IMG/VR virus record: IMGVR_UViG_3300035703_000003
Reading direction: 5' to 3' (one strand)
DNA: 64,000 nt
DNA from: a virus
Taxonomy: Duplodnaviria; Heunggongvirae; Uroviricota; Caudoviricetes
Below are positions 45,101 to 54,200 of this stretch, piece after piece (positions within the stretch are counted from its first letter, which is position 1; each line of letters starts with the position of its first letter). The translations under genes and the position numbers were made by a program. The notes beneath the pieces were generated by a model. It saw nothing but the letters and a program-made list of their open reading frames with translations. It searched no databases and had not been told where the DNA came from.

Positions 45101-47161
45101 AGTGGCAGTTCCAGTTACATCTCCGCTTATTGCAATAGTTCTTGCTGTTGCAAGTGTTGTTGCTGTAGTTGCGTTTCCACTAAGTGCCGCAGTGATAGTT
45201 CCTGCTGCAAAGTTACCGCTGCTATCACGAGCAACAACCTTTGATGCTGTATTTGTAGTAGTTGCGTCTACAGCTAGTGTTAACGTTGCACCTTCACTGC
45301 CGCCATTACCACCTGTTATGAATGAGCCGTTTGTAATACTTGCTACATAGTTACCGGTTGTATCTGTTCCAAGAGCAACACTATTTGCACCGATTGTTGC
45401 AGTTAATGTCACGTCAGCAGTTCCGTTTATACTAACATTTCCTGATAAATCACCACCAAGTGTTATTGTTCTACTATTTGCCCATGAACTAGCTGTAGTT
45501 GCATTTCCGCTTAGTGCCGCAGTTAATGTTCCAACAACTGTTAAGTCACCTCGCACATTTGCATCATTTGCAACTTCTAAAGAATTGTGTATCCTTGCAT
45601 TATTATAAACTATTAAATTATTTTTAACGTGTAAATCTTCGTCAACTATTAATCTATTTCCGGTAACTCTAGCCGATTCTGAAGTTGTATCATATTCGAA
45701 TATTTTATCATTGTCTGAACATACCACAAATACTTTGTTAGCAGTCGAGCTTAAATCAAACCCAGACGGATTGGTGGCATTAACTGTTGAAGTAATTGTG
45801 CTGATATCAACTTCATCTGCATATGCTGCAGATGTGATGTTCCAAGAAGAGCTTAAATTAAATTTAGATATAGAATCATGAACACTGTCTAATACATATA
45901 ATGTATTACCATCTGAAGTCATTTTTATTGACGTAGGCTTAGGAACATTTGCAGAAATGCTAAGTTGTTGAGAATAAGTTGCAGTAGTTATGTCCCATGC
46001 AGTTCCTAAGTTATATTCATATATCCTTGTATTTTGTTGGCCCAGTATATACATTTTTGTACCGTCTGGTTTAAAAAATAATCCATGAGGCTGTGTATCT
46101 TGTGAAGATATATCTATGCTATCAACAAATGATGCAGTAGATAAGTTCCAACCGGTAGATAAATCATATTGATGGACACTAGTGCTATCGGTACCTACTA
46201 CATAAATTTTTGTTCCGTCTGCTTTGACAAATAACGATGTTGGTGTAGTTTCCTCTGCACTTACATCAAGTGATTCAAGATAACTTAATGTATCTACTTT
46301 ATAAGGAGTGTTAAATAAATACTGGTAAACAGTAGCTAAACTTCCAGTCGATAGCAGATAAAATCCGTTTGTATTATCGATAAAAATTTCTGTTACATTG
46401 GTATCTTCAGAAGTAGTGCTAAACAAGTTTCCGTTGTATTTCCAAGAATCTGTGCCGGTAGTAGATCCAACAGATACTTCGCCAAAATCGATTGCAGTTG
46501 CAGCAATGTTTCCGTTAACATCAAGTTTAAAGCTAACACCTGGTGTTGTAGTATCGCTTTCGCCATACCCTAATCTCATACTATGAGCAACTGTAAGTTT
46601 ACCATCAGTTGTAAGTGCCATTGCACCTTGTGCAACAGTATGTGTCGAATCGCCCCACCAGAATCCTTGACTATTATTATTATCCATTTGGAAAGTCATG
46701 GCTTTTTCTGTATCAACACCACCATAAGTTACACTGTCTACTAAACCTATTGTATATGTGCTATTATTCCATAGTCTATACTTGTCTCTACCACTTGCGG
46801 CTGATAGAGTAACATTACCGCCAGATACTATTAAATTCCCCGCAACATCCAATTCACCTGTGCTTTTGATTCTGAGCTTTTCTGCGGCTGTGGCGCCAGC
46901 TGCCATTGTTTTAAATACAAAGTCAAAATCTTCACTACCTGATGTTACATCAGTTGTTACAACTTCAATCAAACCACCGATTTCATTATTAGTGTTGCTA
47001 GTTTCTGTAATAAATCGAAGTCCGGTACCTATGCCATTGGCAGGTGTCCCTGTGGTAGTATGCGTTAGCGTAATTGGATAAACTACGCTATCATTAAAAG
47101 CATCATTTTCTGTATATGTGCTAAACGCTGTATTTAAAAATTCGCTTAGATATTGCGCCAT
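39143..47161 (-). CDS. Giant tail fibre protein (2672 aa) with repetitive beta-rich core and C-terminal intramolecular-chaperone (peptidase S74-like) domain
   Basis: About 100-aa tandem repeats (ARDSSGNF(A/S)AGTITAALSGNATTATTLAT(A/S)RTI...). Conserved fibre block LDDPILTLGGDTAPSTDDNKDRGIEFRWHNGSAAKVGFFGFDDSTGRFTFIPDA. C-terminus ...CAYSDVTLKDNIEII...LRGVTFTRK...HMGVIAQEVEEVIPEVV matches the autoproteolytic chaperone domain of endosialidases and L-shaped fibres. Confidence 0.75.
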   Translation of the reverse strand: MAQYLSEFLNTAFSTYTENDAFNDSVVYPITLTHTTTGTPANGIGTGLRFITETSNTNNEIGGLIEVVTTDVTSGSEDFDFVFKTMAAGATAAEKLRIKSTGELDVAGNLIVSGGNVTLSAASGRDKYRLWNNSTYTIGLVDSVTYGGVDTEKAMTFQMDNNNSQGFWWGDSTHTVAQGAMALTTDGKLTVAHSMRLGYGESDTTTPGVSFKLDVNGNIAATAIDFGEVSVGSTTGTDSWKYNGNLFSTTSEDTNVTEIFIDNTNGFYLLSTGSLATVYQYLFNTPYKVDTLSYLESLDVSAEETTPTSLFVKADGTKIYVVGTDSTSVHQYDLSTGWNLSTASFVDSIDISSQDTQPHGLFFKPDGTKMYILGQQNTRIYEYNLGTAWDITTATYSQQLSISANVPKPTSIKMTSDGNTLYVLDSVHDSISKFNLSSSWNITSAAYADEVDISTITSTVNATNPSGFDLSSTANKVFVVCSDNDKIFEYDTTSESARVTGNRLIVDEDLHVKNNLIVYNNARIHNSLEVANDANVRGDLTVVGTLTAALSGNATTASSWANSRTITLGGDLSGNVSINGTADVTLTATIGANSVALGTDTTGNYVASITNGSFITGGNGGSEGATLTLAVDATTTNTASKVVARDSSGNFAAGTITAALSGNATTATTLATARTIAISGDVTGTATSFDGSANIAISAAITADSIVNADINASAAIADTKLATISTAGKVSNSATTATSSNTNSAIVARDSSGNFSAGTITSSASDTTTAATHYYVEIASDGAIRPKTLANVRTEIVTTAAVNSAAATTVGTVTSGTWNGSIISPTYGGTGVNNGSRTITLNTGNITLTADAGGSSVTVPASGTLAVTANKLSVFAATSSSELAGVISDETGSGALVFGTSPSFTTSIVAASATMGLFDTTATTVNAFGATTTLNLGYDSTAASTTNISTGAVANATTKTVNIGTGGASGSTTNINLGSASGGTVTVNNNLAVTGNLTVNGTTTTVNSTTVTLDDPILTLGGDTAPSTDDNKDRGIEFRWHNGSAAKVGFFGFDDSTGRFTFIPDATNTSEVFSGTTGILDVASITGSAASWTTARTITLAGDLSGNVSIDGSANVTLTATIAADSVALGTDTTGNYVASITNGSYITGGNGGSEGAGLTLAVDATTTNTASKVVARDSSGNFAAGTITAALSGNATTATTLATSRTISLGGDLSGSASFNGSADITITATIAANSVALGTDTTGNYVATLADGTPGVQTGTSGLTISASAGEGTAATIAHADTSSAANLTATSRTYVTGLTFDTFGHVTAYTTGSETVTNTNTTYSVSTEAGGDIYSEIIRLTAGGSGSGTDDIILAVGATGTTYGLTIAESGDTITFAHADTSTLSGSQGSAGIASISVDEMGHVTAVTTATYLTSQSSDFGTITVTDTDSGYTWAGTGSAVADATGDTLTLVSGSGINIDVDAASDAIRITNTFAESDTLSSVTGRGATTATAISITNATNSTSTSSGALIVTGGIGIGGDLFVGGGDISAGNVATTLLGGNTTTNISFANALTSGTLTVGGTSQTGTMTIDPSTSAHTLNIATGANTSGTKTVNIATGSTTSGVTAVTIGSTNSTSSVAIRSGTGGVDINSIKWPTTDGSIGQALVTNGAGQLNFQNVAGGGIVASSYIAIGILSTDQTVTSGADTLINFVDYDDAQSWWNPTTKRFTPTIAGYYDVTLSAWWVAGVISNNQTNLQIRKNGNSYALSQEIINTSTGQSPNLNRTIYLNGTTDYLDFTVFTSNTTSQVLQKGTVDGSGTFFSAALITSGGLTGNIVEDTTPQLGGNLDVNGQSIVSAVGSNGNILITPDGSGYIQLDGLRWPTSDGSNGYLLQTNGSGQLAWTAAGSNTTYTISAETATNTVLRLTGSDASTDNVAFVGSGIVSVTRTDANTITITGTEADTLSSVTGRGATTATAIAITNTTASTTVDTGALTVDGGVGMNGNLFVGGLINVAGAGTVTGNLTVSGGTITAGNVATTLLGGNTTAAVDFATAQTSGALTIGGTSQTGTITLDRSTVAHTLNIATGTNASGVTKTINLGTGGASGSTTAINIGSSTSGATNTVNIYGNLTVTGTTTYVNTTTLNVGDNIITLNADETGTPSQNAGIEIERGTSTNTALIWNETTDRWQFTNDGSTYFNIPTSAEYSVPNDGTLTLAVSGNGLSGSATFTANQSSGSTFTVASNATNANTGSTIVFRDSSGNFSAGTITAALSGNATTATTLQTSRTIAISGDVTGTATSFNGSANIAISAAITADSIVNADINSAAGIVDTKLATISTAGKVSNSATTATNANTANAIVARDASGNFSAGTITATLSGNASSATTAGQIDGIEFRNGNSTNGAGPDTINDNGIGYITGVSLLGQTDGALYSQAYSSSWVHQIFGDYRTGQLAVRGRNNGTLTAWRTILDGTNYTSFAPTLTGSGASGNWGINITGSAATLTTARTISLGGDVTGSASFNGSADITITATIAANSVALGTDTTGNYVAGLTAGNGISVTGTAGEGWSPTVAMTGSYTGTFTATGDVCAYSDVTLKDNIEIISDPLTKVLKLRGVTFTRKDLDDNKTHMGVIAQEVEEVIPEVVITNEDGIKTVAYGNMVGLLIEAVKELTVQNKELAERVAQLESKLNG
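39950..45360 (-). repeat. Multiple near-identical ~0.3-kb nucleotide repeats inside the giant fibre gene, also shared with gene 51217..57033
   Basis: Antisense track ORFs 43473..43751, 44877..45350 (and 39972..40367) translate to nearly identical peptides (...ASVVAVVAFPLSAAVIVPAAKLPLLSRATTFDAVFVVVASTASV...), as do 53795..54073 and 54083..54718 in the second gene. The underlying DNA is therefore roughly 90 percent or more identical. Confidence 0.7.
45660..46295 (-). repeat. Four tandem copies of an approximately 50-aa repeat in the N-terminal part of the giant fibre
   Basis: Repeats read ...FVKADGTKIYVVGTDSTSVHQYDLSTGWNLSTASF..., ...FFKPDGTKMYILGQQNTRIYEYNLGTAWDITTATY..., ...KMTSDGNTLYVLDSVHDSISKFNLSSSWNITSAAY... 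and a fourth variant. Confidence 0.5.
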
Positions 47162-47171
47162 TTATTCTTCC

Positions 47172-50087
47172 TTATGCTTGTGCTTCTGACCATCTTAGCA
47201 ACACACTTGCTCGTGCTGTACCTGTTGTTGTTCTTACGTTTATAGCTAGAATATCAGGACCGTCTGGATATTTGTAATCACCCCCTAACGGCGCTCCTGT
47301 TAATTCTTTCAATCTAGACAAGTCGATTAATCCGTCTGTTGCACCGTCTGTTGTCGACGGTGCTGTAAACGCAAAAACTTGTTCTCCGGGCAATGCTGCG
47401 CTACCAGTACTCCAAGTTACACTTGTTGCAATCTGTGCAAAGCTAGGCTGGCCACCGACTGATTCTGTGTTAAGTGCAGACCATGTTGCGTTACTAAAAT
47501 TCTTAGGATTTAATATACCTTCGATAACAGTTGCTCCCGAAGATGTACCAGAGCTAACTGCAGTACTAAGTGCTTGTAATAACAACTGACTTCTATTTAA
47601 TAAATCTTTTGCACCTAGTTGTCCTACTGCGCTGTTTGCCACGCTAGGTGCAAGTCTTATTAAGAAGAATGTTTGTGTTGTTGTGCTTATGTTAACATGA
47701 GTGCGCTGATAGTTAAAGAAGTATCCACGGTCTTCATCATATCCGCCATCTGCAATTAATGCACTACCCCAGTGTGTGAGAGTTGGACTACAAGTGTTAC
47801 TAATAATAATAGCACCTGTATTTGCAGTGTGTGTTGTTGCACTTCCCGCTGTCAAGTTGTTTATATTACCTTGTTGATATTGCACTAACGTAGCTGCTCT
47901 AGTACATCCGGTGAAATTTCCTGGGCCTGTGGTTGTACTTCTGCCAGTATATGAAACGATTTCGTTATCTATATACAATGTGCCAACATCAGGGAATAGC
48001 GTTAAATCTGCTGCCGGGACCGTAGTTTGAGATCCATTCATACTAGCTGTTAAGTATGTGCTAGGACTATCATTCTCGATACTATAACGAATAGGCAAGT
48101 TACCACTTCTCATATATGCTTCGTCATTAATATTGTTATTTTTAAATCTGTGAGCCATTACCCAATGACCATCACTTCCTCTAGCCATGAAGTCAATATA
48201 ACCTGCACCATACCAGCTATATTGAATACCCATCATTTGCATTTTATTTAAATCGATGGTGTAACCACTTGGACCTGTACCGTCCATATTATCTATATTG
48301 AAATCACCTTGTTTAACTCTAAGTTCTTCTACAAGAGATACACGAACCCCGCTAGCTGCAATACCCCTATAGTCCGGTGTTACAAATATGTTAGTATCGT
48401 CGTACACTTGAGTCACGAAGTGAATCATACCCCTAATAACAATACGGTCACCCACTCGTAATTGTTGTGTAAATCGTGTGCCGTCGCCGACTACTAAGTT
48501 GTCGTTAGGGTTAACAGTAACCGTTCCTGCAGTTTGAAATGTACTACTGCGTCTTACACAATACAAATCGATTCCGTTGAATTCCCAGAATATACCGTTT
48601 TGATCGTCAAAAACTCCAGCACGAACTGCAGCACCTTGCCAATTTTTGACATATATTTTTGTTTTACGATCTAACGCCGGTGTAGCACTACCAAGACTTG
48701 TTGTTGCAGTAACAGTAAATGTATAGTCGTCGACAATACTAGCAACTGTATAAGTTCCGTTATACCCACCTGTAGTGACACCTTGCAATTCAATTGTCGA
48801 TCCTGCCTGTAATCCATGATCTATAGCATCTGTTTCAATAGTTATAGTAGATCCAGAACTTGTGCCGCTTGCTGAAACTGATATAATACTATAATTTGGT
48901 TTAAATAAGGTACCTGTTGACCATACATATCCTTTCCCCGACTGATATCTGAAATACTTTTTAGTTTGTCGAACAACTGCAGCGCCGTATGTTGGTGTTT
49001 TAGTAGATAAAATAACACCGCCATCCATTGGTCTGTGCAAAATTGTTGCGTTTGACTGTACGTGTAATGTCACACTAGACGGACTGCTTACTGCACCGCC
49101 TGCTCTTGCGAGATATGTTAATGATGTTAAACTAGGTGTTGATAACACAACAAACGGGCCAGATGCTAATGCAGCATTAGTTCCCGAACCGACAGTAACG
49201 TGTATTAATGTTCCAGGTATTAATCCATGGGGTCCTAAGAAGTTTAATGTAATAGTACTAGGGTTGCTACCGTTGCTAGATGCACCGTTATTAGGAACGC
49301 TTGCACCGTTATAAAATTCTCCACGTTTTACTAACGTTTCGTCTGTTTTTAAACTTTGGCCGTTTGACGTTCCTACTAAGCCTCTAGCAAAATATGTTAC
49401 ACTAGTACTAGAAGGAACGCTAAACACTACAAAGTTACCGTCGGCACGACTAAATCCGGATATACCTGAATTTAGTCCGCTTACGTTCACTACTGCGCCA
49501 ACTGCCATGCCGTGTGTAGTGGTAAATGTAACAGTAATCAAACTATTAGAACTACTAGTAGTTGTATAATTTGTAGTGATGGTTGATACTTCTAAGTCAA
49601 TACCTGGCAATTCATACGCACCTGGATAACCTCTTACTGTTCCATACCCTGCCCACTTGGTTGGCTGAAGACCATATTCAAAGTCAGCGTCAATTAGTGA
49701 TTGCGGGTTAGATACTCTCATACGGTCAATTGCGTCTGTACCAAATCCCCAGGGTTTGATCGACATTGCTTCGTGATCTTTGCTTTCTAGATAGATAGAC
49801 AACCTGTCAGTTGAGCTCATTGTGCTAGTATCTGCTGCAAGAGTTAGTGTAGTGTATCCGTCTGTCTTGTATGATATACTAGGAAATACTGTTCCGTAAT
49901 TGCCTGATGTAAATGCAGTTGTTGTTCCGGCAAAATCACTATCTGCAAAATTGTAAATTATAACGTTATCAGTTGTGTTAGTTATAACTAAAAAGTCTTC
50001 TAATACATATCTTCCCGGTATTATAATTGTGCCGGAGCCAGCGGCTGCGGGAGAAAATACATATTCACTTATTCGTTTCTTTGCCAT
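47172..50087 (-). CDS. Large structural protein (971 aa), tail fibre or baseplate-associated
   Basis: Long beta-rich S/T/G/N-rich ORF within the fibre operon. Confidence 0.6.
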   Translation of the reverse strand: MAKKRISEYVFSPAAAGSGTIIIPGRYVLEDFLVITNTTDNVIIYNFADSDFAGTTTAFTSGNYGTVFPSISYKTDGYTTLTLAADTSTMSSTDRLSIYLESKDHEAMSIKPWGFGTDAIDRMRVSNPQSLIDADFEYGLQPTKWAGYGTVRGYPGAYELPGIDLEVSTITTNYTTTSSSNSLITVTFTTTHGMAVGAVVNVSGLNSGISGFSRADGNFVVFSVPSSTSVTYFARGLVGTSNGQSLKTDETLVKRGEFYNGASVPNNGASSNGSNPSTITLNFLGPHGLIPGTLIHVTVGSGTNAALASGPFVVLSTPSLTSLTYLARAGGAVSSPSSVTLHVQSNATILHRPMDGGVILSTKTPTYGAAVVRQTKKYFRYQSGKGYVWSTGTLFKPNYSIISVSASGTSSGSTITIETDAIDHGLQAGSTIELQGVTTGGYNGTYTVASIVDDYTFTVTATTSLGSATPALDRKTKIYVKNWQGAAVRAGVFDDQNGIFWEFNGIDLYCVRRSSTFQTAGTVTVNPNDNLVVGDGTRFTQQLRVGDRIVIRGMIHFVTQVYDDTNIFVTPDYRGIAASGVRVSLVEELRVKQGDFNIDNMDGTGPSGYTIDLNKMQMMGIQYSWYGAGYIDFMARGSDGHWVMAHRFKNNNINDEAYMRSGNLPIRYSIENDSPSTYLTASMNGSQTTVPAADLTLFPDVGTLYIDNEIVSYTGRSTTTGPGNFTGCTRAATLVQYQQGNINNLTAGSATTHTANTGAIIISNTCSPTLTHWGSALIADGGYDEDRGYFFNYQRTHVNISTTTQTFFLIRLAPSVANSAVGQLGAKDLLNRSQLLLQALSTAVSSGTSSGATVIEGILNPKNFSNATWSALNTESVGGQPSFAQIATSVTWSTGSAALPGEQVFAFTAPSTTDGATDGLIDLSRLKELTGAPLGGDYKYPDGPDILAINVRTTTGTARASVLLRWSEAQA

Positions 50088-50098
50088 TTTTTTTCCTA

Positions 50099-51184
50099 TT
50101 ATCCTAGTGCAATCGCTATTGCCACTGTTGTTGATATTGGTGTATCTAACCCAGAAGGTCCTGCATCACCTTCTGGTCCTGCTGCACCAACGGCAGCATA
50201 AACTTGCCAAGTTGTGCCGCTATAAACAAAATCTATTTTAATTTGACCTAAGTCTAATATAAAGTTGTCTGCAACACCTTCTATTGTGCTTCCGTTTCTT
50301 GCTATTGTTAAATTGTTTGCTTCCCAGTTATCTATATCAAACACTACCACAGTGTCGCCCGCACTGGGAGATGCAGGTAGTGTTATTGTAAAACTGCCGC
50401 CCGATGTATTTGTTAAAATCCTATCACCTGCAGATGCAGTATAGTTTGCTGTTTTTGTTAAATAGTTACCGGCTACTGCACTTTGCACAAATTGTGTTGT
50501 TGCGAGTTGTGTTGTATTTGTGCCAGATGACGCTGTAGGTGCAGTAGGTGTTCCAGTAAGTGCAGGACTTATTGAAAATACTAAATTACCTGTTCCTGTT
50601 TCATCAGAAATAACACTTGCAAGTTGTGAACTTGTAGTAGCGGCAAAAGAACCTAAATGATCTTGTAATCTAGCAAACGTTCCGTTTGCAGTAGGTAACG
50701 TTAATGTAGGTGTGCCTGCTGCAGCCGGTGCAGTTATAGTTGCAGTTCCTGAACTAGAACCTGATATTAATAAAGTTTTACCTGCCGCAAGTGCTATATG
50801 TTCACTACTAGTCCATGCATCTGTAGCATTAACCCAGTTTAATGTTTTATCTGTAGCACCTTTGAGAGTTATGCCGCCGCCGTCTGCGGTTGTGTCTGAC
50901 GGTGAAGATACCGAGCCCAATTCAATATTTTTGTCGTCAACTGAAATTGTTGTGCTGTTAACAGTAGTTGTTGTTCCGTTTACAGTTAAATTTCCTGTTA
51001 CAACTAAGTTATTGTTAACTGTTGTGTTTCCAGTGCCTGCGCCCAAAGCAATTGTGGTTGCAGCACCAAATGCGTTAACTGTTGTAGCAGTTGTGTTAAT
51101 CAAACTTAAAGTTGTAACACCAGTTGTGATATCTCCGCCCACAACCAAGCCGTTTTTGACTACAAAATTTTTATCATTGGCCAC
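50099..51184 (-). CDS. Tail fibre protein (361 aa) sharing the NNNL(A/V)VTGNLTVNGTTTTVNSTT(V/I) block with the giant fibres
   Basis: Motif shared with 39143..47161 and 51217..57033. C-terminal triple GAAGPEGDAGPSG (collagen-like G-x-x) segment. Confidence 0.65.
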   Translation of the reverse strand: MANDKNFVVKNGLVVGGDITTGVTTLSLINTTATTVNAFGAATTIALGAGTGNTTVNNNLVVTGNLTVNGTTTTVNSTTISVDDKNIELGSVSSPSDTTADGGGITLKGATDKTLNWVNATDAWTSSEHIALAAGKTLLISGSSSGTATITAPAAAGTPTLTLPTANGTFARLQDHLGSFAATTSSQLASVISDETGTGNLVFSISPALTGTPTAPTASSGTNTTQLATTQFVQSAVAGNYLTKTANYTASAGDRILTNTSGGSFTITLPASPSAGDTVVVFDIDNWEANNLTIARNGSTIEGVADNFILDLGQIKIDFVYSGTTWQVYAAVGAAGPEGDAGPSGLDTPISTTVAIAIALG

Positions 51185-51216
51185 GGTTCACTCTCCCCAA
51201 TTGGCATATATTGTAT

Positions 51217-54200
51217 TTATGCAAGGAGAAGAGTCTGAACTATTTTATATTGTGTGCTATTGGTACTTACTTGTGTTGCTAATATTCTAACATTTCCACT
51301 ACTAATGTCAACATCATATGCTGCTAAATCACTAGCGCCTGTGTTAACCATAGCATATTGTGTTGCACTAGCTGTAGTTCCGTTGTGAACAATTAACATT
51401 TCTGTTATGCTTCTTGCACCGGATACTGTATCTCTAGCTTGTATAACAACTTTGCCGCCGCCAAACGTAGTAGCACTGAATGATGCAATTGATGTTTGTG
51501 TAACGGTTGCTAATGTAGCAGTTGCACTATCTAAATTATATGTGCTATCAATTCTGATTGCACCGTCAACATGTAACTTTTCTGCTGGTGTTGAAGTATT
51601 AATACCAACATTGCCGTTTAATAATGTGTAACCTGTTCCAGTTGGAGTTAATGTTATATTTTGGTCAGAACCACCGGCTGTAATAGTAATTGCGCTCGAA
51701 CCGGTTATATTACCTACACCAGTTAAATTACCCGAAACATTTGCACTACCATCGAAGTTTTGACCCCACAGAGTTCTTGTAGTTTGTAGTGTAGTTGCAG
51801 TTGTTGCGTTTCCGCTTAACGCTGCAGTAATAGTTCCGGCAGTAAAGTTACCGCTTGAATCCCTGGCAACTATAGCACTGTTTGTATTTGAACTAGTCGC
51901 TGTTGTTGCAGAGTTGGATACTTTACCCGCAGTTGATATTGTTGCTAGTTTTGTATCAGCAATTGCTGCAGCGGAATTTATGTCTGCGTTTACAATTGAA
52001 TCAGCAGTGATAGCCGCTGATATTGTGATATCGGCGCTTCCATTAAACGAAGTAGCAGTTCCTGTGACATCTCCACTTATCGCAATGTTTCTTGCTGTAG
52101 TTAGTGTGTCTGCATTACCTGCTGTTGCAACGTTTAGATTTGAAACTCGAGTCGTTGATGTAATTACAAATGGCGCTGTGCCAGTTGCAATGGTGTTTGT
52201 TAATTGGTTGTTCATGTTAAGTGTAGTTACACTAGTAAGAGAACCTGTAACGTTAGCAGAACCATTGAAGTTTTGACCCCAAAGTGTTCTAGTAGTTGTT
52301 AGTGTTGCTGCACTACCTGTTGTGTTCTGGTTACCAGTAGTATTAACACCTGGCAAATCAATATTAGCCGATCCATCAAAACTTACACCGCCAATATTTC
52401 TTGCAGTTTGTAATGTTGTTGCTGTAGTTGCATTTCCACTTAATGCAGCGGTAATTGTTCCTGCAGTAAAGTTACCACTTGCGTCTCTAGCAACAATAGC
52501 GTTAGCTGTGTTTGCGTTTGTTGCTGTTGTTGCCGTGTTGGATACTTTACCTGCAGTTGAAATCGTTGCTAGCTTTGTATCAGCAATTGCTGCAGCGGAA
52601 TTTATATCTGCGTTAACAATTGAATCAGCAGTGATAGCTGCTGATATTGTAATATCAGCGCTTCCATTAAACGAAGTAGCAGTTCCTGTGACATCTCCAC
52701 TTATCGCAATGTTTCTTGCAGTTTGTAGTGTAGTTGCAGTAGTTGCGTTTCCACTTAATGCAGCGGTAACTGTTCCTGCGCTGAAGTTGCCGCTCGAATC
52801 TCTAGCAACTATAGCACTATTTGTATTTGAACTAGTAGCAGTAGTAGCGGAGTTTGATACTTTACCAGCTGTTGATATTGTTGCTAGCTTTGTGTCAACT
52901 ATACCTGCTGCGGAATTTATATCTGCGTTAACAATTGAATCAGCAGTGATAGCTGCCGATATAGTGATATCGGCGCTTCCATTGAACGACGTTGCAGTTC
53001 CTGTCACATCTCCGCTTATTGCAATATTTCTTGCTGTTGCTAATGTTGTTGCAGTAGATGCATTACCTACTAGAGCACCCCTAAAGTTTGCTGCTTGAAT
53101 ATCAGCAAGAGCAAAAGAGGCATGACTAGTATCAATAAATGGACTTACATCTGGCTCTGGGGTATATCCTTTAAATACTTTAAAATATCCATCACTTGCA
53201 TCCCTAAAGAAGCCGCCGTGTTGATAAGAAGTATCATAATATCCAAATGCAAAACCTAAATCCGGATTTGCATTTGTTCTTGCTCGTGCTGTTCCGCCCG
53301 AAACATATGAACCAGTTGCAGTATTTGCTATAGTAAACGAATTCGTTGCAACTGCAGTTATAGTTTGATTTGATAAGTTATACGCAGATGGATCTACACC
53401 GATAATACTTACAGACATACCCGGTGTATAATTATGAACTTCGTTGGTGGTATAAACAACGTTTGTGCCATCTCCTACTACATTGGTTATGGTTGTTAAT
53501 ATCGCCTGATTCATGTAGATCATATTATCAGTTACTGATAAATTAGCAGCGGTAGTGGTGGTAGTTGTACCACCTACAGACAAGTTACCGTCTATAGTGA
53601 CATTACCATCGAACAATCCATTATTAAATGTCACGTTTGCAGTAGTCGAAACGTCTTGTCCGATTGCAATTGTTGGAGTTGCACCTTCACCTGTGTTGTT
53701 TGATAATGTTACACCCGTGCCTGCTACAAGACTTGCTACGTAGTTACCAGTTGTATCAGTTCCAAGAGCAACACTATCTGCAGCAATTGTTGCAGTGATA
53801 GTAATATCAGCCGACCCATTGAACGAAGCAGACCCGCTCAGATCTCCTCCAAGGGAAATAGTTCTTGATGTCGCAAGTGTAGTTGCTGTAGTTGCGTTTC
53901 CACTTAGTGCCGCAGTGATAGTTCCTGCTGCAAAATTACCACTACTATCTCGAGCAACAACCTTTGATGCTGTATTTGTGCTAGTTGCGTCGACAGCCAG
54001 TGTTAGTCCAGCGCCTTCGCTTCCGCCATTGCCACCAGTGATGTATGATCCGTTTGTAATACTTGCTACGTAGTTACCAGTTGTGTCGGTGCCAAGAGCA
54101 ACACTATCTGCTACAATAGTTGCAGTTAATGTTACGTTAGCACTTCCATCAATACTCACATTACCTGATAAGTCACCACCGAGTGTTATTGTTCTACTAT

